A stretch of 64,000 bases of DNA from Thalia democratica (taxonomy: Eukaryota), in the NCBI GenBank assembly GCA_965202585.1, contig OZ241828.1, forward strand, positions 46,438,001-46,502,000, read 5' to 3'. Under the pieces are notes generated by a model. The model ran no database searches. It was given only the letters and a program-made list of their open reading frames with translations, and had not been told where the DNA came from. The translations under genes were made by a program, and so were the position numbers. Of the stretch, positions 38,401 through 53,400 are shown piece after piece (the first letter of the stretch is position 1; the number at the start of each line of letters is the position of its first letter).

Positions 38401-41400
38401 TAACAATTGAGCTGTCACCGTAGACTTCGTCATCTGCAGCTGGCACTCCTTGGATCACAATGGCTTGTTGAGCTGGTGCTGAATCTCCCTTGAACGGCTT
38501 GCCGCTGTCGGCAGCAACCGGTGAGTATCCTGCGCCGTATCCGCCAGCAAATGGTCTGTCACCTGCCATTGGTTTGCCTCCTACAGCCAATCGTGATGGA
38601 TGGTCGTAACCCTTGTCCTTGTGGTTGTTATCGAAGATAACACCTTGATCGTCTGCAACGTATCCGGCGTTGTCGAAGAACGGAACGTCGAACTTGTTAC
38701 CGTCACTGAGAACTTGTTCGTCAGCGTAGAAAGCGTCACTCAATGCTGGAGCACCTCCAACAATAATGGCTTGTTGAGCTGGGGCTGAATCTCCCTTGAA
38801 CGGCTTGCCGCTGTCGGCAGCAACCGGTGAGTACCCTGCGCCGTATCCGCCAGCAAATGGTCTGTCACCGGCCATTGGTTTGCCTCCTACAGCCAATCGT
38901 GCTGAGTCAAAGTCTCCGAGGTCTTTGTGATCGTCAGCGAACACAATACCGTCGTGATCTCCGTAGTAAGAACCGTCTCCCTTGAATGCTGCTGGCATGA
39001 AACCTCCGTCGGTAACAATTGAGTTGTCACCGTAGATTTCGTCATCTGCAGCTGGCACTCCTTGGATCACAATGGCTTGTTGAGCTGGTGCTGAATCTCC
39101 CTTGAACGGCTTGCCGCTGTCGGCAGCAACCGGTGAGTATCCTGCGCCGTATCCGCCAGCAAATGGTCTGTCACCGGCCATTGGTTTGCCTCCTACAGCC
39201 AATCGTGCTGAGTCAAAGTCTCCGAGGTCTTTGTGATCGTCAGCGAACACAATACCGTCGTGATCTCCGTAGTAAGAACCGTCTCCCTTGAATGCTGCTG
39301 GCATGAAACCTCCGTCGGTAACAATTGAGCTGTCACCGTAGACTTCGTCATCTGCAGCTGGCACTCCTTGGATCACAATGGCTTGTTGAGCTGGTGCTGA
39401 ATCTCCCTTGAACGGCTTGCCGCTGTCGGCAGCAACCGGTGAGTATCCTGCGCCGTATCCGCCAGCAAATGGTCTGTCACCTGCCATTGGTTTGCCTCCT
39501 ACAGCCAATCGTGATGGATGGTCGTAACCCTTGTCCTTGTGGTTGTTATCGAAGATAACACCTTGATCGTCTGCAACGTATCCGGCGTTGTCGAAGAACG
39601 GAACGTCGAACTTGTTACCGTCACTGAGAACTTGTTCGTCAGCGTAGAAAGCGTCACTCAATGCTGGAGCACCTCCAACAATAATGGCTTGTTGAGCTGG
39701 AGCTGAATCTCCCTTGAACGGCTTGCCGCTGTCGGCAGCAACCGGTGAGTATCGTGCGCCGTATCCGCCAGCAAATGGTCTGTCACCGGCTATTGGTTTG
39801 CCTCCTACAGCCAATCGTGCTGAGTCAAAGTCTCCGAGGTCTTTGTGATCGTCAGCGAACACAATACCGTCGTGATCTCCGTAGTAAGAACCGTCTCCCT
39901 TGAATGCTGCTGGCATGAAACCTCCGTCGGTAACAATTGAGTTGTCACCGTAGATTTCGTCATCTGCAGCTGGCACTCCTTGGATCACAATGGCTTGTTG
40001 AGCTGGTGCTGAATCTCCCTTGAACGGCTTGCCGCTGTCGGCAGCAACCGGTGAGTATCGTGCGCCGTATCCGCCAGCAAATGGTCTGTCACCGGCCATT
40101 GGTTTGCCTCCTACAGCCAATCGTGCTGAGTCAAAGTCTCCGAGGTCTTTGTGATCGTCAGCGAACACAATACCGTCGTGATCTCCGTAGTAAGAACCGT
40201 CTCCCTTGAATGCTGCTGGCATGAAACCTCCGTCGGTAACAATTGAGCTGTCACCGTAGACTTCGTCATCTGCAGCTGGCACTCCTTGGATCACAATGGC
40301 TTGTTGAGCTGGTGCTGAATCTCCCTTGAACGGCTTGCCGCTGTCGGCAGCAACCGGTGAGTATCCTGCGCCGTATCCGCCAGCAAATGGTCTGTCACCT
40401 GCCATTGGTTTGCCTCCTACAGCCAATCGTGATGGATGGTCGTAACCCTTGTCCTTGTGGTTGTTATCGAAGATAACACCTTGATCGTCTGCAACGTATC
40501 CGGCGTTGTCGAAGAACGGAACGTCGAACTTGTTACCGTCACTGAGAACTTGTTCGTCAGCGTAGAAAGCGTCACTCAATGCTGGAGCACCTCCAACAAT
40601 AATGGCTTGTTGAGCTGGAGCTGAATCTCCCTTGAACGGCTTGCCGCTGTCGGCAGCAACCGGTGAGTATCGTGCGCCGTATCCGCCAGCAAATGGTCTG
40701 TCACCGGCTATTGGTTTGCCTCCTACAGCCAATCGTGCTGAGTCAAAGTCTCCGAGGTCTTTGTGATCGTCAGCGAACACAATACCGTCGTGATCTCCGT
40801 AGTAAGAACCGTCTCCCTTGAATGCTGCTGGCATGAAACCTCCGTCGGTAACAATTGAGCTGTCACCGTAGACTTCGTCATCTGCAGCTGGCACTCCTTG
40901 GATCACAATGGCTTGTTGAGCTGGTGCTGAATCTCCCTTGAACGGCTTGCCGCTGTCGGCAGCAACCGGTGAGTATCCTGCGCCGTATCCGCCAGCAAAT
41001 GGTCTGTCACCGGCCATTGGTTTGCCTCCTACAGCCAATCGTGCTGAGTCAAAGTCTCCGAGGTCTTTGTGATCGTCAGCGAACACAATACCGTCGTGAT
41101 CTCCGTAGTAAGAACCGTCTCCCTTGAATGCTGCTGGCATGAAACCTCCGTCGGTAACAATTGAGCTGTCACCGTAGACTTCGTCATCTGCAGCTGGCAC
41201 TCCTTGGATCACAATGGCTTGTTGAGCTGGTGCTAAATCTCCCTTGAACGGCTTGCCGCTGTCGGCAGCAACCGGTGAGTATCCTGCGCCGTATCCGCCA
41301 GCAAATGGTCTGTCACCTGCCATTGGTTTGCCTCCTACAGCCAATCGTGATGGATGGTCGTAACCCTTGTCCTTGTGGTTGTTATCGAAGATAACACCTT

Positions 41401-44400
41401 GATCGTCTGCAACGTATCCGGCGTTGTCGAAGAACGGAACGTCGAACTTGTTACCGTCACTGAGAACTTGTTCGTCAGCGTAGATAGCGTCACTCAATGC
41501 TGGAGCACCTCCAACAATAATGGCTTGTTGAGCTGGTGCTGAATCTCCCTTGAACGGCTTGCCGCTGTCGGCAGCAACCGGTGAGTATCCTGCGCCGTAT
41601 CCGCCAGCAAATGGTCTGTCACCTGCCATTGGTTTGCCTCCTACAGCCAATCGTGCTGAGTCAAAGTCTCCGAGGTCTTTGTGATCGTCAGCGAACATAA
41701 TACCGTCGTGATCTCCGTAGTAAGAACCGTCTCCCTTGAATGCTGCTGGCATGAAACCTCCGTCGGTAACAATTGAGTTGTCACCGTAGATTTCGTCATC
41801 TGCAGCTGGCACTCCTTGGATCACAATGGCTTGTTGAGCTGGTGCTGAATCTCCCTTGAACGGCTTGCCGCTGTCGGCAGCAACCGGTGAGTATCCTGCG
41901 CCGTATCCGCCAGCAAATGGTCTGTCACCGGCCATTGGTTTGCCTCCTACAGCCAATCGTGCTGAGTCAAAGTCTCCGAGGTCTTTGTGATCGTCAGCGA
42001 ACACAATACCGTCGTGATCTCCGTAGTAAGAACCGTCTCCCTTGAATGCTGCTGGCATGAAACCTCCGTCGGTAACAATTGAGCTGTCACCGTAGACTTC
42101 GTCATCTGCAGCTGGCACTCCTTGGATCACAATGGCTTGTTGAGCTGGTGCTGAATCTCCCTTGAACGGCTTGCCGCTGTCGGCAGCAACCGGTGAGTAT
42201 CCTGCGCCGTATCCGCCAGCAAATGGTCTGTCACCGGCCATTGGCTTGCCTCCTACAGCCAATCGTGCTGAGTCAAAGTCTCCGAGGTCTTTATGATCGT
42301 CAGCGAACACAATACCGTCGTGATCTCCGTAGTAAGAACTGTCTCCCTTGAATGCTGCTGGCATGAAACCTCCGTCGGTAACAATTGAGCTGTCACCGTA
42401 GACTTCGTCATCTGCAGCTGGCACTCCTTGGATCACAATGGCTTGTTGAGCTGATGCTGAATCTCCCTTGAACGGCTTGCCGCTGTCGGCAGCAACCGGT
42501 GAGTATCCTGCGCCGTATCCGCCAGCAAATGGTCTGTCACCTGCCATTGGTTTGCCTCCTACAGCCAATCGTGATGGATGGTCGTAACCCTTGTCCTTGT
42601 GGTTGTTATCGAAGATAACACCTTGATCGTCTGCAACGTATCCGGCGTTGTCGAAGAACGGAACGTCGAACTTGTTACCGTCACTGAGAACTTGTTCGTC
42701 AGCGTAGAAAGCGTCACTCAATGCTGGAGCACCTCCAACAATAATGGCTTGTTGAGCTGGAGCTGAATCTCCCTTGAACGGCTTGCCGCTGTCGGCAGCA
42801 ACCGGTGAGTATCCTGCGCCGTATCCGCCAGCAAATGGTCTGTCACCGGCCATTGGTTTGCCTCCTACAGCCAATCGTGCTGAGTCAAAGTCTCCGAGGT
42901 CTTTGTGATCGTCAGCGAACACAATACCGTCGTGATCTCCGTAGTAAGAACCGTCTCCCTTGAATGCTGCTGGCATGAAACCTCCGTCGGTAACAATTGA
43001 GTTGTCACCGTAGATTTCGTCATCTGCAGCTGGCACTCCTTGGATCACAATGGCTTGTTGAGCTGGTGCTGAATCTCCCTTGAACGGCTTGCCGCTGTCG
43101 GCAGCAACCGGTGAGTATCCTGCGCCGTATCCGCCAGCAAATGGTCTGTCACCGGCCATTGGTTTGCCTCCTACAGCCAATCGTGCTGAGTCAAAGTCTC
43201 CGAGGTCTTTGTGATCGTCAGCGAACACAATACCGTCGTGATCTCCGTAGTAAGAGCCGTCTCCCTTGAATGCTGCTGGCATGAAACCTCCGTCGGTAAC
43301 AATTGAGTTGTCACCGTAGATTTCGTCATCTGCAGCTGGCACTCCTTGGATCACAATGGCTTGTTGAGCTGGTGCTGAATCTCCCTTGAACGGCTTGCCG
43401 CTGTCGGCAGCAACCGGTGAGTATCCTGCGCCGTATCCGCCAGCAAATGGTCTGTCACCTGCCATTGGTTTGCCTCCTACAGCCAATCGTGATGGATGGT
43501 CGTAACCCTTGTCCTTGTGGTTGTTATCGAAGATAACACCTTGATCGTCTGCAACGTATCCGGCGTTGTCGAAGAACGGAACGTCGAACTTGTTACCGTC
43601 ACTGAGAACTTGTTCGTCAGCGTAGAAAGCGTCACTCAATGCTGGAATACCTCCAACAATAATGGCTTGTTGAGCTGGAGCTGAATCTCCCTTGAACGGC
43701 TTGCCGCTGTCGGCAGCAACCGGTGAGTATCCTGCGCCGTATCCGCCAGCAAATGGTCTGTCACCGGCCATTGGTTTGCCTCCTACAGCCAATCGTGCTG
43801 AGTCAAAGTCTCCGAGGTCTTTGTGATCGTCAGCGAACACAATACCGTCGTGATCTCCGTAGTAAGAACCGTCTCCCTTGAATGCTGCTGGCATGAAACC
43901 TCCGTCGGTAACAATTGAGCTGTCACCGTAGACTTCGTCATCTGCAGCTGGCACTCCTTGGATCACAATGGCTTGTTGAGCTGGTGCTGAATCTCCCTTG
44001 AACGGCTTGCCGCTGTCGGCAGCAACCGGTGAGTATCCTGCGCCGTATCCGCCAGCAAATGGTCTGTCACTTGCCATTGGTTTGCCTCCTACAGCCAATC
44101 GTGCTGAGTCAAAGTCTCCGAGGTCTTTGTGATCGTCAGCGAACACAATACCGTCGTGATCTCCGTGGTAAGAACCGTCTCCCTTGAATGCTGCTGGCAT
44201 GAAACCTCCGTCGGTAACAATTGAGCTGTCACCGTAGACTTCGACATCTGCAGCTGGCACTCCTTGGATCACAATGGCTTGTTGAGCTGGTGCTGAATCT
44301 CCCTTGAACGGCTTGCCGCTGTCGGCAGCAACCGGTGAGTATCCTGCGCCGTATCCGCCAGCAAATGGTCTGTCACCTGCCATTGGTTTGCCTCCTACAG

Positions 44401-47400
44401 CCAATCGTGATGGATGGTCGTAACCCTTGTCCTTGTGGGTGTTATCGAAGATAACACCTTGATCGTCTGCAACGTATCCGGCGTTGTCGAAGAACGGAAC
44501 GTCGAACTTGTTACCGTCACTGAGAACTTGTTCGTCAGCGTAGAAAGCGTCACTCAATGCTGGAGCACCTCCAACAATAATGGCTTGTTGAGCTGGAGCT
44601 GAATCTCCCTTGAACGGCTTGCCGCTGTCGGCAGCAACCGGTGAGTATCCTGCGCCGTATCCGCCAGCAAATGGTCTGTCACCGGCCATTGGTTTGCCTC
44701 CTACAGCCAATCGTGCTGAGTCAAAGTCTCCGAGGTCTTTGTGATCGTCAGCGAACACAATACCGTCGTGATCTCCGTAGTAAGAACCGTCTCCCTTGAA
44801 TGCTGCTGGCATGAAACCTCCGTCGGTAACAATTGAGCTGTCACCGTAGACTTCGTCATCTGCAGCTGGCACTCCTTGGATCACAATGGCTTGTTGAGCT
44901 GGTGCTGAATCTCCCTTGAACGGCTTGCCGCTGTCGGCAGCAACCGGTGAGTATCCTGCGCCGTATCCGCCAGCAAATGGTCTGTCACCTGCCATTGGTT
45001 TGCCTCCTACAGCCAATCGTGATGGATGGTCGTAACCCTTGTCCTTGTGGTTGTTATCGAAGATAACACCTTGATCGTCTGCAACGTATCCGGCGTTGTC
45101 GAAGAACGGAACGTCGAACTTGTTACCGTCTCTGAGAACTTGTTCGTCAGCGTAGAAAGCGTCACTCAATGCTGGAGCACCTCCAACAATAATGGCTTGT
45201 TGAGCTGGGGCTGAATCTCCCTTGAACGGCTTGCCGCTGTCGGCAGCAACCGGTGAGTATCCTGCGCCGTATCCGCCAGCAAATGGTCTGTCACCGGCCA
45301 TTGGTTTGCCTCCTACAGCCAATCGTGCTGAGTCAAAGTCTCCGAGGTCTTTGTGATCGTCAGCGAACACAATACCGTCGTGATCTCCGTAGTAAGAACC
45401 GTCTCCCTTGAATGCTGCTGGCATGAAACCTCCGTCGGTAACAATTGAGCTGTCACCGTAGACTTCGTCATCTGCAGCTGGCACTCCTTGGATCACAATG
45501 GCTTGTTGAGCTGGTGCTGAATCTCCCTTGAACGGCTTGCCGCTGTCGGCAGCAACCGGTGAGTATCCTGCGCCGTATCCGCCAGCAAATGGTCTGTCAC
45601 CTGCCATTGGTTTGCCTCCTACAGCCAATCGTGATGGATAGTCGTAACCCTTGTCCTTGTGGTTGTTATCGAAGATAACACCTTGATCGTCTGCAACGTA
45701 TCCGGCGTTGTCGAAGAACGGAACGTCGAACTTGTTACCGTCACTGAGAACTTGTTCGTCAGCGTAGAAAGCGTCACTCAATGCTGGAGCACCTCCAACA
45801 ATAATGGCTTGTTGAGCTGGAGCTGAATCTCCCTTGAACGGCTTGCCGCTGTCGGCAGCAACCGGTGAGTATCCTGCGCCGTATCCGCCAGCAAATGGTC
45901 TGTCACCGGCCATTGGTTTGCCTCCTACAGCCAATCGTGCTGAGTCAAAGTCTCCGAGGTCTTTGTGATCGTCAGCGAACACAATACCGTCGTGATCTCC
46001 GTAGTAAGAACCGTCTCCCTTGAATGCTGCTGGCATGAAACCTCCGTCGGTAACAATTGAGTTGTCACCGTAGATTTCGTCATCTGCAGCTGGCACTCCT
46101 TGGATCACAATGGCTTGTTGAGCTGGTGCTGAATCTCCCTTGAACGGCTTGCCGCTGTCGTCAGCAACCGGTGAGTATCCTGCGCCGTATCCGCCAGCAA
46201 ATGGTCTGTCACCTGCCATTGGTTTGCCTCCTACAGCCAATCGTGATGGATGGTCGTAACCCTTGTCCTTGTGGTTGTTATCGAAGATAACACCTTGATC
46301 GTCTGCAACGTATCCGGTGTTGTCGAAGAACGGAACGTCGTACTTGTTACCGTCACTGAGAACTTGTTCGTCAGCGTAGAAAGCGTCACTCAATGCTGGA
46401 GCACCTCCAACAATAATGGCTTGTTGAGCTGGAGCTGAATCTCCCTTGAACGGCTTGCCGCTGTCGGCAGCAACCGGTGAGTATCCTGCGCCGTATCCGC
46501 CAGCAAATGGTCTGTCACCGGCCATTGGTTTGCCTCCTACAGCCAATCGTGCTGAGTCAAAGTCTCCGAGGTCTTTGTGATCGTCAGCGAACACAATACC
46601 GTCGTGATCTCCGTAGTAAGAACCGTCTCCCTTGAATGCTGCTGGCATGAAACCTCCGTCGGTAACAATTGAGCTGTCACCGTAGACTTCGTCATCTGCA
46701 GCTGGCACTCCTTGGATCACAATGGCTTGTTGAGCTGGTGCTGAATCTCCCTTGAACGGCTTGCCGCTGTCGGCAGCAAACGGTGAGTATAGTGCGCCGT
46801 ATCCGCCAGCAAATGGTCTGTCACCTGCCACTGGTTTGCCTCCTACCGCCAATCGTGATGGATGGTCGTAACCCTTGTCCTTGTGGTTGTTATCGAAGAT
46901 AACACCTTGATCGTCTGCAACGTATCCGGCGTTGTCGAAGAACGGAACGTCGAACTTGTTACCGTCACTGAGAACTTGTTCGTCAGCGTAGAAAGCGTCA
47001 CTCAATGCTGGAGCACCTCCAACAATAATTGCTTGTTGAGCTGGAGCTGAATCTCCCTTGAACGGCTTGCCGCTGTCGGCAGCAACCGGTGAGTATCCTG
47101 CGCCGTATCCGCCAGCAAATGGTCTGTCACCGGCCATTGGTTTGCCTCCTACAGCCAATCGTGCTGAGTCAAAGTCTCCGAGGTCTTTGTGATCGTCAGC
47201 GAACACAATACCGTCGTGATCTCCGTAGTAAGAACCGTCTTCCTTGAATGCTGCTGGCATGAAACCTCCGTCGGTAACAATTGAGTTGTCACCGTAGATT
47301 TCGTCATCTGCAGCTGGCACTCCTTGGATCACAATGGCTTGTTGAGCTGGTGCTGAATCTCCCTTGAACGGCTTGCCGCTGTCGGCAGCAACCGGTGAGT

Positions 47401-50400
47401 ATCCTGCGCCGTATCCGCCAGCAAATGGTCTGTCACCTGCCATTGGTTTGCCTCCTACAGCCAATCGTGATGGATGGTCGTAACCCTTGTCCTTGTGGTT
47501 GTTATCGAAGATAACACCTTGATCGTCTGCAACGTATCCGGCGTTGTCGAAGAACGGAACGTCGTACTTGTTACCGTCACTGAGAACTTGTTCGTCAGCG
47601 TAGAAAGCGTCACTCAATGCTGGAGCACCTCCAACAATAATGGCTTGTTGAGCTGGAGCTGAATCTCCCTTGAACGGCTTGACGCTGTCGGCAGCAACCG
47701 GTGAGTATCCTGCGCCGTATCCGCCAGCAAATGGTCTGTCACCGGCCATTGGTTTGCCTCCTACAGCCAATCGTGCTGAGTCAAAGTCTCCGAGGTCTTT
47801 GTGATCGTCAGCGAACACAATACCGTCGTGATCTCCGTAGTAAGAACCGTCTCCCTTGAATGCTGCTGGCATGAAACCTCCGTCGGTAACAATTGAGTTG
47901 TCACCGTAGATTTCGTCATCTGCAGCTGGCACTCCTTGGATCACAATGGCTTGTTGAGCTGGTGCTGAATCTCCCTTGAACGGCTTGCCGCTGTCGGCAG
48001 CAACCGGTGAGTATCCTGCGCCGTATCCGCCAGCAAATGGTCTGTCACCTGCCATTGGTTTGCCTCCTACAGCCAATCGTGATGGATGGTCGTAACCCTT
48101 GTCCTTGTGGTTGTTATCGAAGATAACACCTTGATCGTCTGCAACGTATCCGGCGTTGTCGAAGAACGGAACGTCGAACTTGTTACCGTCACTGAGAACT
48201 TGTTCGTCAGCGTAGAAAGCGTCACTCAATGCTGGAGCACCTCCAACAATAATGGCTTGTTGAGCTGGTGCTGAATCTCCCTTGAACGGCTTGCCGCTGT
48301 CGGCAGCAACCGGTGAGTATCCTGCGCCGTATCCGCCAGCAAATGGTCTGTCACCGGCCATTGGTTTGCCTCCTACAGCCAATCGTGCTGAGTCAAAGTC
48401 TCCGAGGTCTTTGTGATCGTCAGCGAACACAATACCGTCGTGATCTCCGTAGTAAGAACCGTCTCCCTTGAATGCTGCTGGCATGAAACCTCCGTCGGTA
48501 ACAATTGAGCTGACACCGTAGACTTCGTCATCTGCAGCTGGCACTCCTTGGATCACAATGGCTTGTTGAGCTGGTGCTGAATCTCCCTTGAACGGCTTGC
48601 CGCTGTCGGAAGCAACCGGTGAGTATCCTGCGCCGTATCCGCCAGCAAATGGTCTGTCACCTGCCATTGGTTTGCCTCCTACAGCCAATCGTGATGGATG
48701 GTCGTAACCCTTGTCCTTGTGGTTGTTATCGAAGATAACACCTTGATCGTCTGCAACGTATCCGGCGTTGTCGAAGAACGGAACGTCGAACTTGTTACCG
48801 TCACTGAGAACTTGTTCGTCAGCGTAGAAAGCGTCACTCAATGCTGGACCACCTCCAACAATAATGGCTTGTTGAGCTGGTGCTGAATCTCCCTTGAACG
48901 GCTTGCCGCTGTCGGCAGCAACCGGTGAGTATCCTGCGCCGTATCCAGAAGCAAATGGTCTGTCACCAGCCATTGGTTTGCCTCCTACAGCCAATCGTGC
49001 TGAGTCAAAGTCTCCGAGGTCTTTGTGATCGTCAGCGAACACAATACCGTCGTGATCTCCGTAGTAAGAACCGTCTCCCTTGAATGCTGCTGGCATGAAA
49101 CCTCCGTCGGTAACAATTGAGCTGTCACCGTAGACTTCGTCATCTGCAGCTGGCACTCCTTGGATCACAATGGCTTGTTGAGCTGGTGCTGAATCTCCCT
49201 TGAACGGCTTGCCGCTGTCGGCAGCAACCGGTGAGTATCCTGCGCCGTATCCGCCAGCAAATGGTCTGTCACCTGCCATTGGTTTGCCTCCTACAGCCAA
49301 TCGTGATGGATGGTCGTAACCCTTGTCCTTGTGGTTGTTATCGAAGATAACACCTTGATCGTCTGCAACGTATCCGGCGTTGTCGAAGAACGGAACGTCG
49401 AACTTGTTACCGTCACTGAGAACTTGTTCGTCAGCGTAGAAAGCGTCACTTAATGCTGGAGCACCTCCAACAATAATGGCTTGTTGAGCTGGAGCTGAAT
49501 CTCCCTTGAACGGCTTGCCGCTGTCGGCAGCAACCGGTGAGTATCCTGCGCCGTATCCGCCAGCAAATGGTCTGTCACCGGCCATTGGTTTGCCTCCTAC
49601 AGCCAATCGTGCTGAGTCAAAGTCTCCGAGGTCTTTGTGATCGTCAGCGAACACAATACCGTCGTGATCTACGTAGTAAGAACCGTCTCCCTTGAATGCT
49701 GCTGGCATGAAACCTCCGTCGGTAACAATTGAGCTGTCACCGTAGACTTCGTCATCTGCAGCTGGCACTCCTTGGATCACAATGGCTTGTTGAGCTGGTG
49801 CTGAATCTCCCTTGAACGGCTTGCCGCTGTCGGCAGCAACCGGTGAGTATCCTGCGCCGTATCCGCCAGCAAATGGTCTGTCACCGGCCATTGGTTTGCC
49901 TCCTACAGCCAATCGTGCTGAGTCAAAGTCTCCGAGGTCTTTGTGATCGTCAGCGAACACAATACCGTCGTGATCTCCGTAGTAAGAACCGTCTCCCTTG
50001 AATGCTGCTGGCATGAAACCTCCGTCGGTAACAATTGAGCTGTCACCGTAGACTTCGTCATCTGCAGCTGGCACTCCTTGGATCACAATGGCTTGTTGAG
50101 CTGGTGCTGAATCTCCCTTGAACGGCTTGCCGCTGTCGGCAGCAACCGGTGAGTATCCTGCGCCGTATCCGCCAGCAAATGGTCTGTCACCTGCCATTGG
50201 TTTGCCTCCTACAGCCAATCGTGATGGATGGTCGTAACCCTTGTCCTTGTGGTTGTTATCGAAGATAACACCTTGATCGTCTGCAACGTATCCGGCGTTG
50301 TCGAAGAACGGAACGTCGAACTTGTTACCGTCACTGAGAACTTGTTCGTCAGCGTAGAAAGCGTCACTCAATGCTGGAGCACCTCCAACAATAATGGCTT

Positions 50401-53400
50401 GTTGAGCTGGAGCTGAATCTCCCTTGAACGGCTTGCCGCTGTCGGCAGCAACCGGTGAGTATCCTGCGCCGTATCCGCCAGCAAATGGTCTGTCACCGGC
50501 CATTGGTTTGCCTCCTACAGCCAATCGTGCTGAGTCAAAGTCTCCGAGGTCTTTGTGATCGTCAGCGAACACAATACCGTCGTGATCTCCGTAGTAAGAA
50601 CCGTCTCCCTTGAATGCTGCTGGCATGAAACCTCCGTCGGTAACAATTGAGCTGTCACCGTAGACTTCGTCATCTGCAGCTGGCACTCCTTGGATCACAA
50701 TGGCTTGTTGAGCTGGTGCTGAATCTCCCTTGAACGGCTTGCCGCTGTCGGCAGCAACCGGTGAGTATCCTGCGCCGTATCCGCCAGCAAATGGTCTGTC
50801 ACCGGCCATTGGTTTGCCTCCTACAGCCAATCGTGATGGATGGTCGTAACCCTTGTCCTTGTGGTTGTTATCGAAGATAACACCTTGATCGTCTGCAACG
50901 TAGCCGGCGTTGTCGAAGAACGGAACGTCGAACTTGTTACCGTCACTGAGAACTTGTTCGTCAGCGTAGAAAGCGTCACTCAATGCTGGAGCACCTCCAA
51001 CAATAATGGCTTGTTGAGCTGGAGCTGAATCTCCCTTGAACGGCTTGCCGCTGTCGGCAGCAACCGGTGAGTATCCTGCGCCGTATCCGCCAGCAAATGG
51101 TCTGTCACCTGCCATTGGTTTGCCTCCTACAGCCAATCGTGATGGATGGTCGTAACCCTTGTCCTTGTGGTTGTTATCGAAGATAACACCTTGATCGTCT
51201 GCAACGTATCCGGCGTTGTCGAAGAACGGAACGTCGAACTTGTTACCGTCACTGAGAACTTGTTCGTCAGCGTAGAAAGCGTCACTTAATGCTGGAGCAC
51301 CTCCAACAATAATGGCTTGTTGAGCTGGAGCTGAATCTCCCTTGAACGGCTTGCCGCTGTCGGCAGCAACCGGTGAGTATCCTGCGCCGTATCCGCCAGC
51401 AAATGGTCTGTCACCGGCCATTGGTTTGCCTCCTACAGCCAATCGTGCTGAGTCAAAGTCTCCGAGGTCTTTGTGATCGTCAGCGAACACAATACCGTCG
51501 TGATCTACGTAGTAAGAACCGTCTCCCTTGAATGCTGCTGGCATGAAACCTCCGTCGGTAACAATTGAGCTGTCACCGTAGACTTCGTCATCTGCAGCTG
51601 GCACTCCTTGGATCACAATGGCTTGTTGAGCTGGTGCTGAATCTCCCTTGAACGGCTTGCCGCTGTCGGCAGCAACCGGTGAGTATCCTGCGCCGTATCC
51701 GCCAGCAAATGGTCTGTCACCGGCCATTGGTTTGCCTCCTACAGCCAATCGTGCTGAGTCAAAGTCTCCGAGGTCTTTGTGATCGTCAGCGAACACAATA
51801 CCGTCGTGATCTCCGTAGTAAGAACCGTCTCCCTTGAATGCTGCTGGCATGAAACCTCCGTCGGTAACAATTGAGCTGTCACCGTAGACTTCGTCATCTG
51901 CAGCTGGCACTCCTTGGATCACAATGGCTTGTTGAGCTGGTGCTGAATCTCCCTTGAACGGCTTGCCGCTGTCGGCAGCAACCGGTGAGTATCCTGCGCC
52001 GTATCCGCCAGCAAATGGTCTGTCACCTGCCATTGGTTTGCCTCCTACAGCCAATCGTGATGGATGGTCGTAACCCTTGTCCTTGTGGTTGTTATCGAAG
52101 ATAACACCTTGATCGTCTGCAACGTATCCGGCGTTGTCGAAGAACGGAACGTCGAACTTGTTACCGTCACTGAGAACTTGTTCGTCAGCGTAGAAAGCGT
52201 CACTCAATGCTGGAGCACCTCCAACAATAATGGCTTGTTGAGCTGGAGCTGAATCTCCCTTGAACGGCTTGCCGCTGTCGGCAGCAACCGGTGAGTATCC
52301 TGCGCCGTATCCAGAAGCAAATGGTCTGTCACCGGCCATTGGTTTGCCTCCTACAGCCAATCGTGCTGAGTCAAAGTCTCCGAGGTCTTTGTGATCGTCA
52401 GCGAACACAATACCGTCGTGATCTCCGTAGTAAGAACCGTCTCCCTTGAATGCTGCTGGCATGAAACCTCCGTCGGTAACAATTGAGCTGTCACCGTAGA
52501 CTTCGTCATCTGCAGCTGGCACTCCTTGGATCACAATGGCTTGTTGAGCTGGTGCTGAATCTCCCTTGAACGGCTTGCCGCTGTCGGCAGCAACCGGTGA
52601 GTATCCTGCGCCGTATCCGCCAGCAAATGGTCTGTCACCGGCCATTGGTTTGCCTCCTACAGCCAATCGTGATGGATGGTCGTAACCCTTGTCCTTGTGG
52701 TTGTTATCGAAGATAACACCTTGATCGTCTGCAACGTAGCCGGCGTTTTCGAAGAACGGAACGTCGAACTTGTTACCGTCACTGAGAACTTGTTCGTCAG
52801 CGTAGAAAGCGTCACTCAATGCTGGAGCACCTCCAACAATAATGGCTTGTTGAGCTGGAGCTGAATCTCCCTTGAACGGCTTGCCGCTGTCGGCAGCAAC
52901 CGGTGAGTATCCTGCGCCGTATCCGCCAGCAAATGGTCTGTCACCGGCCATTGGTTTGCCTCCTACAGCCAATCGTGCTGAGTCAAAGTCTCCGAGGTCT
53001 TTGTGATCGTCAGCGAACACAATACCGTCGTGATCTCCGTAGTAAGAACCGTCTCCCTTGAATGCTGCTGGCATGAAACCTCCGTCGGTAACAATTGAGC
53101 TGTCACCGTAGACTTCGTCATCTGCAGCTGGCACTCCTTGGATCACAATGGCTTGTTGAGCTGGTGCTGAATCTCCCTTGAACGGCTTGCCGCTGTCGGC
53201 AGCAACCGGTGAGTATCCTGCGCCGTATCCGCCAGCAAATGGTCTGTCACCTGCCATTGGTTTGCCTCCTACAGCCAATCGTGATGGATGGTCGTAACCC
53301 TTGTCCTTGTGGTTGTTATCGAAGATAACACCTTGATCGTCTGCAAAGTATCCGGCGTTGTCGAAGAACGGAACGTCGAACTTGTTACCGTCACTGAGAA

